Source of the DNA: Promethearchaeota archaeon
GTDB lineage: Archaea > Asgardarchaeota > Lokiarchaeia > Sigyniarchaeales > SOKP01
DNA: 17,086 nucleotides
Assembly (NCBI GenBank): GCA_016930515.1
Contig: JAFGGO010000135.1
Coordinates: 1 to 17,086 of the forward strand
Reading direction: 5' to 3'
The position numbers and the translations under genes are program-made. The notes under the pieces are model-generated. The model did no database searches. It was not told the DNA's origin and was given only the letters and a program-made list of their open reading frames with translations. The stretch's first letter is position 1; the number at the start of each line of letters is the position of its first letter. Shown here in pieces: positions 17,068 through 17,086 of the stretch.

Positions 17068-17086
17068 GTTCCTTATATTAAAAATA

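Noticed and set aside
1-17086. CRISPR array, transposase/integrase or rRNA
   Set aside because: No regularly spaced nucleotide repeats, recombinase motifs or rRNA-like segments were seen.

Overview
AT-rich archaeal DNA, most likely Asgard/Lokiarchaeia-type. This is an inference from an Arf/Rag-like small GTPase, a longin/uDENN-like domain, a BHB-intron tRNA and several Lrp regulators. From left to right the window holds: a 5'-truncated large helical protein with three 148-aa repeats; an Lrp/AsnC regulator; a co-oriented block of ArsR HTH, small GTPase, MASE3-3xPAS histidine kinase and a response regulator whose output domain resembles the folliculin/SMCR8-type longin domain; three more Cys-tailed Lrp paralogs next to a VIT1/CCC1 transporter and a 2x[4Fe-4S] ferredoxin; sfsA; cysS; a GNAT acetyltransferase; an intron-containing tRNA-Cys(GCA); a His-tailed EamA transporter; a metallophosphoesterase; and a candidate ~105-nt hairpin ncRNA. 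The best candidate for a new system is a two-component pathway that may control a Rag/Arf-like GTPase through a REC-longin putative GAP. The second is a four-member, putatively metal/Fe-S-binding Lrp subfamily. All assignments come from motif reading by eye; no searches were run.
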